Origin: Octopus sinensis
Lineage: Eukaryota
Assembly (NCBI RefSeq): GCF_006345805.1
Contig: NC_043003.1
Span: 77,066,001 to 77,130,000 of the forward strand
Reading direction: 5' to 3'
DNA length: 64,000 nt
The position numbers and the translations under genes are program-made. Below, piece by piece: positions 14,330 to 27,938 of this stretch. The notes beneath the pieces were generated by a model. It did no database searches. It was given only the letters and a program-made list of their open reading frames with translations, and had not been told where the DNA came from. Numbering within the stretch: position 1 is the stretch's first letter; the number at the start of each line of letters is the position of its first letter.

Positions 14330-14568
14330 TAATCATCATCATCTTCAGCATCATCATCATCATTATCATCATCATCACCAAGGTCATCATCATCATCACT
14401 ATCACCGTAATCATCATCATCATCATCGTCACCGTCATCGTCATCGTCATCATCACTATCACCGTAATCATTATCATCATCATCATCATCATCAAGGTCA
14501 TCGTTATCATCGTCATCGTCATCATCATCATCATCACTATCACCGTAATCATCATCATCATCATCACG

Positions 14569-14599
<31 letters not shown>

Positions 14600-14612
14600 T
14601 ATCATCAAATTG
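14330..14612. repeat. (ATC)n tract with a recurring higher-order unit catcactatcaccgtaatc (x3)
   Basis: Directly visible. Confidence 0.85.
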
Positions 14613-15479
14613 ATATTTACAAAGTCGGTGGTTGTAGCAAAGAGACTTCAAGTTATAGAATGGCGATGACGACGAAGTCGACGTCGATGACGACAACTAT
14701 GATGATGATAATGATGATGGTGCTGGTGGTGGTCGTCGTCGTCGTGGCGGTGGTGGTAAAGATAAAACCTTCAACGTAAACGCGCAGACATACAAGCGTA
14801 AAACAACAACTCCACAACAATAATATTGATAAAAAAATAATATAATCATAATAACGCCAGCAATAAATGCCTTTATTTGCCACAGGACGACAACCGGTTG
14901 GAGGTGGAAGAACAATACGAGCAAGAATGAAATCCACCTCGACCCCCATCCTACCCGCTTCTAAAGAAACGGTGGTGTGGGGTTAGCGCTTCCAAGGTGG
15001 TGGTGGTGGTGGTGGAAAAAGAAAAAACAACGCGATTTTAGAAATGAGGAGATGAAATGAAAAATGGTTTTAAAAATATATAAAATATAATAATATATTA
15101 TTTCTAACTTGTCCATTAAAAGCTTTTTGTCTGCATGACAGACAGACAGGAAATATTAACGTGGATATAAAAACATTGGAGAGGGGGACTGGAATAAAAA
15201 CTAAATAAAGCAGTTTATTAGAGGTTTTTGTCTGACTTGGGAAAGAGAGAAAAGCATAGAGAGACAGAGGTTGGAAGAGAAAGGAGTAGACACAGTTTGA
15301 GAGAAAGGAGAATGGGAGAGACATTTTGTTATTTCTGTCAGCATTACATTGATTTCTTGTATGAGAAATTTTTGTTTCAGAAACAATTTAGTTTATTCCT
15401 TTAAACTTCCAATTTAATTCAGATATTTCGTCGGGTTGGGAGTATTAAAAAAAATAAATAATGGTGGTCACGTCGTTGA

Positions 15480-15485
15480 TGGTGG

Positions 15486-15534
<49 letters not shown>

Positions 15535-15830
15535 AACGATGACGACAAGAGGAGGCGGAAGTGGATGGGTCATGGTGCTGGTTGTGGTAGTGGTGGTGGT
15601 GGTAGTGATGGCGATGATGATGATGATGATGACGATGATGACGATGATAACGATGACGACGATGACGAGTAAGAGGAGGAGGAAGTGGATAGGTCATGGT
15701 GCTGGTGGAAGCAGCGGCGTTGATGATGGTGGTGGTAGTGATGGCGATGATGATGATGATGATGATGATAATAATAAGAAGGACGACGAAGAAGAAAAGG
15801 CTAGTGCTTGTGATTGTGATGGTGATGATA
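15480..15830. repeat. (GAT)n/(GGT)n tract with two copies of a ~124-bp higher-order unit
   Basis: aagaggagg.ggaagtggat.ggtcatggtgctgg occurs at 15547 and 15671. Confidence 0.85.
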
Positions 15831-16377
15831 ACGGATAGAGAGATTGGTAGAGGGTTCAGAATGGGTGCTGTATGGCGGGGATGGAATAGTTGTTTGCGTT
15901 TAGGCAAAGATGGCGGTTTGCCTTTTAAAGATTGATTTTCTGATTTATCATTTCTATATTTCTATATTTATTTTATTTAGTATTATTTTGTTGTTTATAT
16001 TTCCAACTGTGCGTATGTAGTTCTGTATATATGTTTGTGTATCTTTGTGTATCTATGTGCGTATGTACGTTTATGTGTGTATGTAGCTGTGTACATAGAC
16101 GTGTTATGAGTGGGTACGTGTCTCTCTGTATGTGAATATGTATAGGTGTAGTGTGTGTATTTGTGCGTGACTTTATTAATATTTCCATTTGTATGAAGTG
16201 TGTTGTTAGCTGTTGCCGAATTTGTCGAGTGTTTTATTGTTCTGTTCGTGATGCGTGTTGCTGTTGTTGTTGTTGCTGATGTTGTTGCTGTTGTTGTCGC
16301 TGTTGTTTTAGCTCTTACGTGTTGCTGCTGTCACTTTATTGTCGTTATTCAATTGTTGTTATTTGTATTAAAATTAC

Positions 16378-16433
<56 letters not shown>

Positions 16434-17013
16434 GCGGTGGTGGTGGTGGTGCTTGTGTTGTTGCTGGTGATGGTGGCGACGTCAGTGGCAGCGACGACTG
16501 CGACGATGATCTGTGTTTACTAAGTATATATTTGTATAAAATGGCAATTTTATGTCGTTTCATTTTTGTGCTTCAGAAATAAATTTTAAAGTAGTGAGTT
16601 TTGTTTGTTTCATTTGATAATAGGACACGCGCACGCGCATACTCACTCAACTACAAGTATGTTTGGAAATGTCTAATACAGTGTACCCAAACATCTTACG
16701 TTATGGGCTCTCGTTTTGATGTATTGCTAAGTTGTTGACCTCTCAACCACATGCTTCTAGTTTCTGTCAGTCAATGTGGTACCTTGACCAAATAGCTTTA
16801 AATGTAGCCCGGACTGCCCATTAAGAAGGAAGTGCAACAATTTTAGTTGATGGTAACTCCATGATACCTGTTGTGTCAATATAATGTTTCCATCGTCTTG
16901 GCTTAACAACCCTCATCGTTTGATTTTACTGTGTTATTCTCTTTGTTCTGTCTTTTACTGTTTTTACTTTTATTGTTTTTACTGTCTTGTTTTGTTCTTA
17001 CTGTCCTTTTATT

Positions 17014-17286
17014 GTTACCACTTTTAACCCTCCGCAAACAATCCCAAATTTTATCTAATTTGCTTTGCAGAAGGACTGTTTCAACGAAGTCGCGTCTTGT
17101 CCTTACATTCGAAACGCGGAGTAGACGAAACAGGGACAACTGAAGAAGGGGATTATTCCTTGTGTTGTATGTATTGTACTCTGTTTTTTCGTTGTTTGAA
17201 AAATAGTTCGTTTCCATGTTTTTGCTTTTATGTTTTCGTTTCTCATTCTGTTCAACATTTTTGTTTTGATGTCCTGTACCCATATA
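17014..17286 (+). mobile_element. ~270-bp interspersed repeat, family C copy 2, carrying hammerhead-like fragments
   Basis: Homologous to 5100-5361 (-). Contains cgcgTCttgtcc, GAAAcgcg and ggacaaCTGAAGA. Confidence 0.65.
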
Positions 17287-17364
17287 TGCATGTATATATA
17301 TATAGAGAGAGATGTAGGTATGTACATATATGTATATATGCATATATTTATATATTATTTATAT

Positions 17365-17421
<57 letters not shown>

Positions 17422-18099
17422 GTGTATATGTATATACATAGGTGTATGTATGTACATATATATATAATATATATGTGTGTGGGGGGGACGTAGAAATACT
17501 ATAGGCTTGTCTGAGCGCGTGTAGTAAAACCACTGTGAGTGAGGAACCTTCTGAGAGAGGGACACTCTGGGGTAAAACCTGCGGCTTCATCTGACTGCTG
17601 GTCATTTCCCTATGACTTGTCACTAGATACTAATCAGAGAGCCTCAGGGTGTGATGCCGTGTTGTAGTAGCATTTATCCCTATAATCGAATGACGTACAG
17701 ATGGCTCTTTATGGTGAAATAGCTGTTATTTCCAGAACATCGAGTGACTACATTAAGTCTCTTCCATTCATTTGAAATACACTTGCTGCTTTGTCTGCAA
17801 TTCTACTGACTCGGTTATCCAGCAATCCACTGTTCTTTCTGCTCTTATATGTATGCATGCTTGTGTGTGTGTGCATGAGTGCGTGTGTGCGTGAGTCCGT
17901 GTGTTTGTGTGTGTGTGTGTGTGTGATCATATATGACTTTCTGTGGCTTTCTGTGACTATTAATATTTGTAACATTTGATCTGGAGAAGAAAGCTTTAGC
18001 ATGGTCTTCACATCCCCAACAAAGCAAATGAGATTAACGAAATTAATGTCAAGTTGACAACTCCAATAGAAAAAGAGAGAGAAAAAATAGTGTGGAAAT

Positions 18100-18320
18100 T
18101 CCAGAGGAAACATATTCTAGAGAGGAACGACTGGCTGAAATGGTTAGTGAATGTTCTATTGAGGTGGACTCGATATTGAAGACAAGCGGAAACATTTGTA
18201 CGTTAGGAGTTCTGGAATTGAATTAGCAAGAAATCACTCAGCTAAAAGAAGCCGAGCTCAACATAGACAAGGTATTGAACTACCTAAACAGAGAGCGTGT
18301 GTTCATATCAGCCTCAACTG
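18100..18320 (+). mobile_element. Degraded RTE-clade LINE 3' end
   Basis: Broken reading LLRWT...ELARNHSAKRSRAQHRQG loosely resembles the RTE C-terminal LRWTP..GKR...AQDRQGW motif. Confidence 0.35.
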
Positions 18321-18621
18321 TTTCATTTTGTGTTTCTTGCGAGAAATAGCGAAATACATATTATTGCATTTATATAGAAATGGCATTTCCGAGTGATATT
18401 TTGTAATTGATCAGCCTCCAGCTTGCCCAGATCAAAGGCATTGCAATTATGCTCATACTGATTTTGTTGTTGTTTTTTTTAATCTCGGACTATATTATAT
18501 AATGTATTCTTCTAAGAGATAGTATGTATTCTGTATGAGATTTGACTGCTATTTTTTGCTGGTTGGACAGTCACGAAGTTCCATCGTTGGCTGATGATGT
18601 TTCCTCGTATTGGTCAAAAAC

Positions 18622-18706
18622 TTTATTAATTAAGAATTCTCTTCCTGTGTTTTATTAATTAAGAATTCTCTTCCTGTATTTTATTAATTAAGAATTCTCT
18701 TCCTGT
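18622..18706. repeat. Three tandem copies of a 29-bp unit (tttattaattaagaattctcttcctgtgt)
   Basis: Units start at 18622, 18651 and 18680 and are nearly identical. Confidence 0.95.
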
Positions 18707-19537
18707 TGTTCTACACTACCACAGTTATGACATGGAGAATAAATATCATATTTTCCAAGTAAAACATCAATAGGACTAAACAGAAACTGATTTTTCCATT
18801 CAGTCGTTATCGATCTACTGCTGGACGAAGCCTCCACATTACCATAACTGCCTTATCTATGTTGGTTTCTGGCTTGTCTGCCTAAGCTAACTTTAGGTTG
18901 GATGTGATTAACCTTGGACATCGGCAACTAGACTGAATTTTAACTAACAACGCGCAAAAGTCGGATCAGTTACCGCAAGCAGCTCACTCGACACCAACTA
19001 TTCTGCCAAATCCTCGCCCTGAACTTGAAATAGTTCAATAATCTTAAAAAAGATGATATTTAGATATTGTGAGACTGTTTGTTTCTAGTCCGTTTCGTAA
19101 ACGTGTGAAGAAAAGAATCGAATAAAGGAGGAAGGGAAGAAACTAATTCGAGTCATTGAAGGAAACGAACAGAGAATGAAGAGGATGCTAATATAAAATT
19201 TGTCAGAAAGTCGCCACCTTCATATAATCGCAATAGATTTATAGCTCTAACCAAGTACTTTATTTGTCAACCCGAAACGGGTGTAAAGTAAAGGAATTGA
19301 GAGACCAGGTTTTACAAAATGTCATGTGAGTATTTCAAGGTACGAACTTATGGCACAAACATGTATCCTTATAATAGCATAGGAACAACTAGCTTACTGT
19401 TTCGGCTTTCTGCTTAATATTCAGAACTACACACGGTGTTCACATTTTGTTCTTATTCAGCTGTGTTGACTTAACGTATCCTTTTTTATCAATGAATTTT
19501 CTATGCCTCTCCAGTTTCTCCTCTTTTTTTCTTGCTG

Positions 19538-19609
<72 letters not shown>

Positions 19610-19777
19610 TTTATTTTATTTATTTTATTTAAAGAATAGTTTTATTCGGAGCAAATGTTAGTTCACTTGATGGGTCCACTTCAGTTGAAAACGACTTCAC
19701 CAACACTTCTACATGTCAAACTCCTGTCAACATTAGATCTAAAAGGTTCTACAGTTTATAACAGGTTTCGTTTTGAT

Positions 19778-20310
19778 CAAAGTTGACATTAACTTGGATA
19801 GAGCTATAACACTATGGTGATTATATTTAATTAAAGATGGCGACTTTTAGACATAAATTTAATATCTGCCTTCTTTTTCATTCCTCACTCAAGTCTTTCT
19901 GCAGCTTCAATTCGTTTTTTCTTTCTTTCTTTCCATGTTTTTTCACTTTCTTTTCTATACACGGTTACGTAACGGAGCTGGGAATAAACATTCTTTCAAT
20001 ATCAGATATCGATGTTTCTAGATTATTCCATCATTACTGAGAATTTGAAGAGGAATTAATGACGAAATAGGAAATACAGTAAAAAAAAATGAAGACAAAA
20101 TACCAAAATAAATAAAATAATAATTGCGAGGATAAGAAAAACGTTGAAAAATGAAATATGTAAAGATCTCGAAGATAGCAAAAGATTAGAGGGATATTAT
20201 TGGAGGAAAGAACACGAAATGGTTGATTCTAAATGTCGCCATCTTTAATTAAATATAATTCCCATAAGGTCGTCGCTATACTAGGGTTGATGGCAATTTT
20301 ATTACTGGCA
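19778..20310. mobile_element. Foldback/MITE-like relic with ~80-bp imperfect inverted arms
   Basis: attatatttaattaaagatggcgac (~19820) is the exact reverse complement of gtcgccatctttaattaaatataat (~20235). Similarity extends imperfectly outward and inward. Confidence 0.55.
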
Positions 20311-20675
20311 TGTTCTGGAAATCTATATATGGAATAATTTAGTGAAACGATTTAACAACATATATAAAATTGTGATTCACAAACGGACAGTTTCTGGGAA
20401 CATAGGGATGATCAAAGTATGTTTCACTGCAAAATTAAGCCAGGTTAAATTACACGAAAGGACATATGGTACAGTAGTGAAATAAGTTTCCTCGTTCCTA
20501 GTATCAACCATAACGTGAGTGCAACATTAAGAAACATGGCGCATAAAAAATAATCGACAAATAAAAGCTGTAACGCAGAAACACATAGAACATATGTGCA
20601 TGTGTGCGTGCACGTGCGAGTGTGTGTATGTGTGTGTATGTGTGTGTGTGTGTGTATAATACATACAGATGTGTA

Positions 20676-21025
20676 TATTCTTTTAGTCTTTTACTTGTTT
20701 CAGTCATTTAGTCAAACTAATCAACTCCAGGACTTATTATTTGTAAGCCGAACGCTTTTGCCGAACGCTAAGCTACGGGGACGTAAACATACCAACATCC
20801 GTTTTCAAGCGATGGGGAGGAGATAAACAAACATATATATATATATTATATATATATATTATATATATATACGATGGGCTTCTTTAAGTTTCCATCTACC
20901 AAATCCACTCACAAGGCCCGAGGCAATAGAATAAGACACTTGCCCAAGGCAGAACGCAGTGGGACTGAACCTGAGACCAGGTGGTTTGGAAGTGATTTTC
21001 TTACCACACAGCCACACCTGCGCCT
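20676..21025 (-). mobile_element. SINE family A, near full-length
   Basis: Tail, internal (TA)n and head all present. Confidence 0.9.
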
Positions 21026-21959
21026 ACATGTACATAATGCACATAAATCTGTGTTTAAGCATGCATGTATATATGTATTTGTGCATGTATGTTAGAAGTT
21101 TCTAGGTTCAAGCCTTTGAATATTATAGTCTGTTCAGGGAAGGACATATGGCCCTCTATGGTGTTTTAGAGAGACGTGGAGTAAGAGACTACAAGAAATG
21201 GTTTGTTATAGAACCAAGCAGTAAATCATGGTATTGAATCGTCCTCCACAGACTGAATACCTGGATTGAAAGCTTTTAACGTAACGCACAACTCTAAAGT
21301 CATTGAAGTGTCAGGTGATGGTGGCGATAGCGGTGGTGGGGTTGCTGCTGCTGTTGTTGCTGGTGGTAGTGGCGGTGGTGCTGGTGCTGGTGATGGTGAT
21401 GTTGATGCCGATGCTGGTCTTGGCGGCGGCGGCAGGGTGAACGACAGTAAGGATGGTGACGGTAATGGCACTTGTGGTGGTGGTGGTGGTGGTGGTGGTG
21501 ATGGATTTAATCTAGACAATAGATTAGGTTTAAAGGCATTTATTCAATCCGCCGCTGTTGTTTGTTATATTCTTTGAAATGGCAGTTATAAATCTGTTCT
21601 TGATTTAGATTTTAGAGTTCTTCATCTTTATCTGTCTTAACGTTGTTTATTTATTATTATATTATCATTATTTGTCTTTAAGATAGCTTTAGTACAATTC
21701 TAAACCCTCTGTTCATTGCGACGGCTTTTCAAAATCCATGCTTGGTAGCCGCCTCTTGCAACAGTTTGGCTCATCTACATATAACATATGGATTTTCACT
21801 TCTACATTTCCGCCTTAACTGCTTCTAGTTTGGTTCTCTAGATTCGGGTGACGATGCTAAATTAAAAAGTAGAGGGGACAATGTAGAGCGACCCTTGAAA
21901 ATGGATGTTTTATATGGGAATTGTGCAGCTTACTTTTTTGCTTTTTTTCACTCGCTAAA

Positions 21960-23700
21960 ATGTTTAGTTTTTGTTTGCCGTTTCCCATGGCTTGACTGCC
22001 ATGAATCCTTAATGATGTGATTACCATATTTGCTTCGATACTTCAAATATCCAGGACTGCAGAATGATTCAGATGCTGCACTATAATTTACTGTGCTTAG
22101 ATTGTTTTCATTTTTTTGTTTTTTCTTTTTCTTCTGCGATATGCAAATATTCAATCAATGAAAATCCATGGTCTATGGTTGCTGTAGACACACAGAAAGA
22201 GACACGACCTCCTCCCGCCATTATTCCCGATTATCAGTTTTTCCAACAATTTCTTTCTGAATATTCTCATTAGCTCTGTGTTCTGTATATGGAATGCGAA
22301 GCATCTTCCAATAACTTTTCATTTGAAAAACCATCTTTTTCTCACTTTTAGCATCTAACGTCCATGATTCGCACCCATAAATTGTCGTTAAAATTACTAT
22401 TGCTCTTAAAATAAACGAATTTTTGTTTCCCAAATGGTGTCTAATTTTGCCAAAGCCACTGTAGCTACTGCAATCCAGCATTTTACTACTTCCTTTGATC
22501 TCATATCTTCCGTTATTGTTCTGCACAAATACTAAAAATACACGCGCTTCTTCTCTGCTCTTTCAATGGGGCTGACTATTTCCTTTTTTATTCTTCCTAA
22601 TTATCATTATTTCTACTTTTCCACGTCTTACTTCAATTGTATATCTTCTCGTAATTATATCAAGACTTGTTGTTTGATCTCTAACTCCATCTCCATATAC
22701 GAAGAGAGGTCGATGCTATACGCTCTCGTATTAAGCCATAGTGTTCCATATCATACTCTCAAAAAGTTTTATTAAGTCAATAATGTCGTGTTCAAGGTCT
22801 GACTGCTCATCCAATTATTTTTCCGTGAATATTAACGCTACAAATCTACTCAACGTTGTTTCTCCATTCTTGGAGGACATCCCCTGTGTTTCACTAGTTT
22901 AGAGCGTGGTGGTGGGGAAATTCATTCTAACAACTAAAGCAATATAGCTATACGTTGTTTGATAGTGAAATTAAAGCACATTGTGGAGGAAAATTTGCAC
23001 TGTTATATCATTATTAGTTACAAAACTATTCTATTCATCTGTCATTCATTTTGCTGTGCATAGTAAATTATCTTATTTATCCTCAACTGCTTGACATTTA
23101 AGTACCCATTTCTTTAGATCTTCAACCATTCAGTATACTTTTGAGAGTTTGCTCTTTGACTTCTTTCTATTTATTCACACCTTTCATTATCTTCTGCTGC
23201 TCTAATTTCTATTTTTATTTTCCCATTGACCGATCTATATTCGATTTCTGCTGCTTACATTTCCATATTGTTTCTGTTTCAGACCTCTCCTTTCATTACA
23301 ACTGTTTGAAACAGTTTTATTTCTGCAATGATTCTTAACTTTCTTCCTTTTGCCAATATTTCACACGGTTGTTATTTATTTCAAAGGTTCTCCTTAATTC
23401 TGGAACATTTAATAACAAAAGTGTGAATATACTTTCTATATATGCTGTAAATTCTTCTGCTATGTTCGGGCTTTTAAATGCTTGAAAGCTATGTTTTATT
23501 CTTGCATTTTTGTCCTGCTTTATCGATTTCAGATAAAATTTTATTGTAATTATCAAGAGTTTAGATTTCTGCTTATATATGTACCAAGAAAATTCTAGAA
23601 TCTGCGCCCATTTAGACTTGATATTTTGAGCATTAAATACAATTAATCTGGTTATGAAATATTCCCCAACCCATTCCCACAATATGTGTGATATGTATTG
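21960..23700 (-). mobile_element. Degraded RTE-clade LINE relic (EN-RT linker, RT end, C-terminal domain)
   Basis: ORF 23335-23682 reads ARIKHSFQAFKSPNIAEEF (RTE linker). ORF 22221-22526 reads IYGCESWTL...WKMLRIPYTEHRANE (RTE C-terminus). Confidence 0.8.
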
Positions 23701-24394
23701 TTCATTATTGCATTTAATGATGCATTGTGTTTACCGTAATTAGTTTGTGTTGTTTGGAAATTCTGATAATCTTACTTTCGTGTTGTCAGTTCTCTCCAAG
23801 TCATATTTACCAAATCTCCCCATTAAGTATCAAGTGCATCTGTTCAAATCTTGTAATCACCTTGAAATATGCAAGTATGCTTTTTGGAGTGTTTTGTTTG
23901 TCATTTTTTAAAAACATCTTATGAAAATTCTTACCTCAATCAACATTATAGTAGCATGTTTGGGAAGTAATTTAAGATGCTGTATAGCTTCCTGCTCTTA
24001 TAAATGAGACGGTACGCAATGTAATCTTGACTTTAAAGTATTTTTATATTCCTTGAAATCTAAAACATATCTTTTTGTTTGCTTTTTTGCCCATTGAAAC
24101 ATAATATGATGATGCAGAGAAATTCGCATATCATACAGCGAGGGCTTTTTCTTTTCCTCTTTTTTAATTCCAAGATTGATTCAATAAATATGCTAAGCAA
24201 CCAAATCAGAAGCGAAAGTGTGTAGCAAGTTCTTTATATTGGAATTTGGATTGTAATAACGTTGTATTAATTTGAAAATGTAAAATTAATTTAGGTTATG
24301 GGAAGATATTCTTGAAGTATTATATTTTAGTGCTAAAACAACCCTAACACTGCATTTAATAAATTGTTTAATTTGGTTTAGTATAACATTAGTA

Positions 24395-25110
24395 TGTAAC
24401 AATGCTATGTTGCATAGAACATATCATTTCTTTATTACATGGTGTATAGCTACTATGTTACATATCACTTCTATGTTATACGGTACATTACGTCTATGTT
24501 ATATGGTATATCACTATTATGAACACTTACTTTATATGGCATATAACTTCTATTTTATATGGTATATAATTTCTGTTATAACGCTGCTTTGTTATAAGGT
24601 GTCTCATTGCTGTGATATATTGTATACCATACTGTTATATGCTATACCACTTCTAGGTTATATGATATATTATTGCAGTATTACATAGTACATCACTATC
24701 TTATATAGTATATAAATGCTGTTATGTTTACGGATGGGATATGATATATAGTATTTGTGTTATATGATGCATCCCTGCTATGTAATATTTTATATCATCT
24801 CTGTGTGATGTTATATATAACTCTTGTAGTAAAACCATGTTATGTGGTATATCCACTTTCTATTTTATGTGGTATATCACTCGTTCTTTGCTACGTAAGC
24901 TAAACGGTATATCGTTGCTGGTATATTTACATAACTTTTACATTAAGTAGCATATCACTTCTATATTATCTAATATACCAGTTCTAAGTTCTATAGTATA
25001 TCACTTCTATATTTTATGTAATATCATTCTTTCTATTTTGTAACTATATCATTTCTTTTATATTATATGACATATCGTTCGATCAGTGTTGTATGTTATA
25101 TCAATTGCTG
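24395..25110. repeat. Degenerate AT-rich minisatellite, ~22-23-bp unit (consensus near atatcacttctatgttatatggt)
   Basis: Recurring atatcacttcta and tatatggtat motifs throughout. Confidence 0.75.
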
Positions 25111-25345
25111 CATATTTATATATTAAAACAGGAACCCCAAGAAGCTGCGTTTCGCAATATTTATAAATAAGTTCATCTGACAATGCATATTGTTTAGTTA
25201 AATTCAAGAGGGTTTCTCTTGAATGTCAGTATGTGTGTCTACGGTGAAGAATGAAACCATTTATCTTTCCGGATAAAGCTCATTGGACAGCGCAGTTTCC
25301 TTTCTTTAGTCATAGTTGTCAAATGTATTTGATATTCTTAAACAA

Positions 25346-25479
25346 TAGGTGCAGGAGTGGCCGTGTTGTAAGAAGCTTACTTCCCAACCACATGGCTCCA
25401 GGTTCAGTCTACTGTAGCCTCAGGTCGACTAAAGCCTTGTGGGTGGATTTGGTAGACAGAAACTAAAAGAAGCCCGTCG

Positions 25480-25559
<80 letters not shown>

Positions 25560-25760
25560 TATGTGTGTCTGTGTCTGTCACCCCACCATCGCTTGACAAC
25601 CAGCGTTGATATGTTTGCGACCCCGTATATTAGCGGTTAGGCAAAAGAGACCGATAGAATAAGTACTAGGCTTACAAAGAATAAGTACTGATGTTGATTT
25701 GTTCGACTAAAAGCGGTGCTCCAGCATGGCCACAATCAAATGACTGAAACAAGTAAAAGT
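25346..25760 (+). mobile_element. SINE family A, full-length, with internal (TA)n
   Basis: ggtgcaggagtggccgtg head through cagcatggccacaatcaaatgactgaaacaagtaaaag tail. Confidence 0.92.
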
Positions 25761-26229
25761 ATAAAATAATAAAAGAATGTATGAGGATGTTTTTTTCTTT
25801 TTTTTATGGTATCATCCTTTTTCTAAAAGGTATTGTGGGTTGCATCTGTATGTTTACGTGCATTGGAACGGGGAATAAACTTTAACATGTGAACAGATAA
25901 AGCTGTTACTGGTTCTCTTATGAAATCCCAATACAAATTGAAACTAGTCCGGTTGAGCCCTCTTTTAGTATTGACGAAGATAATTGATACACGTTGTTTA
26001 AATCTATTACAAAGTGCTGGTTAAAATCTATCGATATATTCTGTAATACAGTATAGCATTGAAATAGAACTTTGTGAGCGCATCAGAAGTTTATTAATCT
26101 AGCTATCTAATGTGTTATATAAGCAAATTCGTTTATCCTATTTACTTAAGACTAAAGTAATAGTGGGTCTGTAAACAATTACTCAATGAACAGTTAAAGA
26201 CAGATGTACTGCGGTGCTGGAATGTGGAA

Positions 26230-26430
26230 AACCTTCCTGTGCTGTTTCATTTCAAGACTCCACAACCATTGAAATGACCCACCCTAGCATTAAATGGAAT
26301 ATTATTTCCAGATCCCGTCCTTACTGATCTGGAGCTCGCAAAAGCCAACTCAGTCTCTGAGGGAGATTACACATACTGTTTAGTATGAAGAATGGACTAT
26401 CATATTTCTTGCAATCAAGGATAGCCTTTT
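26230..26430 (+). mobile_element. Penelope-like element, degraded C-terminal fragment downstream of the GIY-YIG domain
   Basis: Reads IKWNIISRSRPY*SGARKSQLSL*GRLHILFS, resembling the PLE motif IKW.I...A.PY....K.C.LCL.EKL.IL. Confidence 0.5.
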
Positions 26431-27016
26431 AATGAACTTTAAGCTTCGGGCTACTGCCAACCCGGATATATCACCTTAGGGCTAGCTGACCCACACATAA
26501 GGACAAGATCACACGTAAGGACAATCCCTATCACTCGTATAGACTACAGTTTACCCATGTTGGCCAGGCAGCTCCAATTGTAAACAAGCATCATCAAATT
26601 TGGTTACTCTGACATAAAGACTGCTGCCATTAATGTGTTTCTTCATACTGAAAGGCACTAGCTTCTTCTCCCACCATGTGTATGCTAGCAAATTGCAAGG
26701 AACTGATGTCGCTGTACACACTATGCCGTACTCGGATACCAAAGCGGTGCCGAAATCCTATCCGAAAACGTGGGCCCTGGAGAAATTAAAATGAAATAGC
26801 GACAGTCGCTTTCTTAAAATTAACACCACGGGAACTGAGCTGAGCATCAGAGGCCTAAGCCCTCCATCTGCCTCTGAACATCACATGAGATAGTTGTTTT
26901 CTATGTGCACACGAAACTTTAAGTCATATAGAAGTGAGTAAAACTCTTATTAAATACATGTAACTCCAAACAAATGTGGTGAGCGCTACTTTCTTTCGTT
27001 TATTCACACACTCGTG

Positions 27017-27019
<3 letters not shown>

Positions 27020-27082
<63 letters not shown>

Positions 27083-27106
27083 AAGAAAGAAAGAAAGAAA
27101 GAAAGT

Positions 27107-27150
<44 letters not shown>

Positions 27151-27332
27151 GAGGGAGATACAGGCACAGACAGGTAGATACATGCATACATACATACATT
27201 CACGTATATACGTACATAAATGTGTGTGTATGTGTGTGCGTTTGTGTGTGTTTAGGTGTGTATGTATGTGAGTGAAAGGAAGAGACAAAGTGAGGCAGAG
27301 TGTATTACAATATTGTGGATCCATATATAGAC

Positions 27333-27407
<75 letters not shown>

Positions 27408-27559
27408 TAGGAATACATATCCACTCACACACACACACACGCACACATACGTCTCTAGATGTTGGCGATCTAACCGTCTCACTGCTCATTCCTTTTATTA
27501 TATATTTCTCTCTTTCTCTTTCATCATATATACATATGCTTGTGTGTGAGTATGTGTGT

Positions 27560-27617
<58 letters not shown>

Positions 27618-27620
27618 ACA
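27020..27620. repeat. (GA)n, (GAAA)n, (GATA)n and (TG)n microsatellite cluster
   Basis: Directly visible. Confidence 0.95.
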
Positions 27621-27854
27621 TGGGCCTAATTATCTATATTTTTGTATTTACAATGAAAATGTTTGCAACATGTCTATCAACTTCTCCATTTTTCTCTTTA
27701 TCATCTCGTTCGCGTCTGATTTATGGATGAATATATCTATTCATCAACTGCCAGTTATAATCTTCTAATTCACACTTCTAACCATGTTTTTATTTATCTC
27801 TATCTGTGTCTCTATCAATCTATATATATATGTATACACACACACCACACACAC

Positions 27855-27938
<84 letters not shown>

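Noticed and set aside
14886-14930. Possible exon after ttgccacAG reading DDNRLEVEEQYEQE*
   Set aside because: Short pyrimidine tract, no convincing donor or homologue, and it lies among simple repeats. Only RNA-seq could rescue it.
15436-15838. Asp/Gly-rich ORFs resembling acidic biomineralisation proteins
   Set aside because: Explained by (GAT)n/(GGT)n repeats. The 124-bp unit is not a multiple of three, and no credible exon structure was found.
18622-18706. 29-bp direct repeats as a CRISPR-like array
   Set aside because: The units are contiguous with no spacers and the context is eukaryotic. This is an ordinary tandem duplication.
26690-26770. Hammerhead-like CUGAUG...GAAA downstream of the PLE fragment
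   Set aside because: The core is incomplete, and stems II and III do not close properly.
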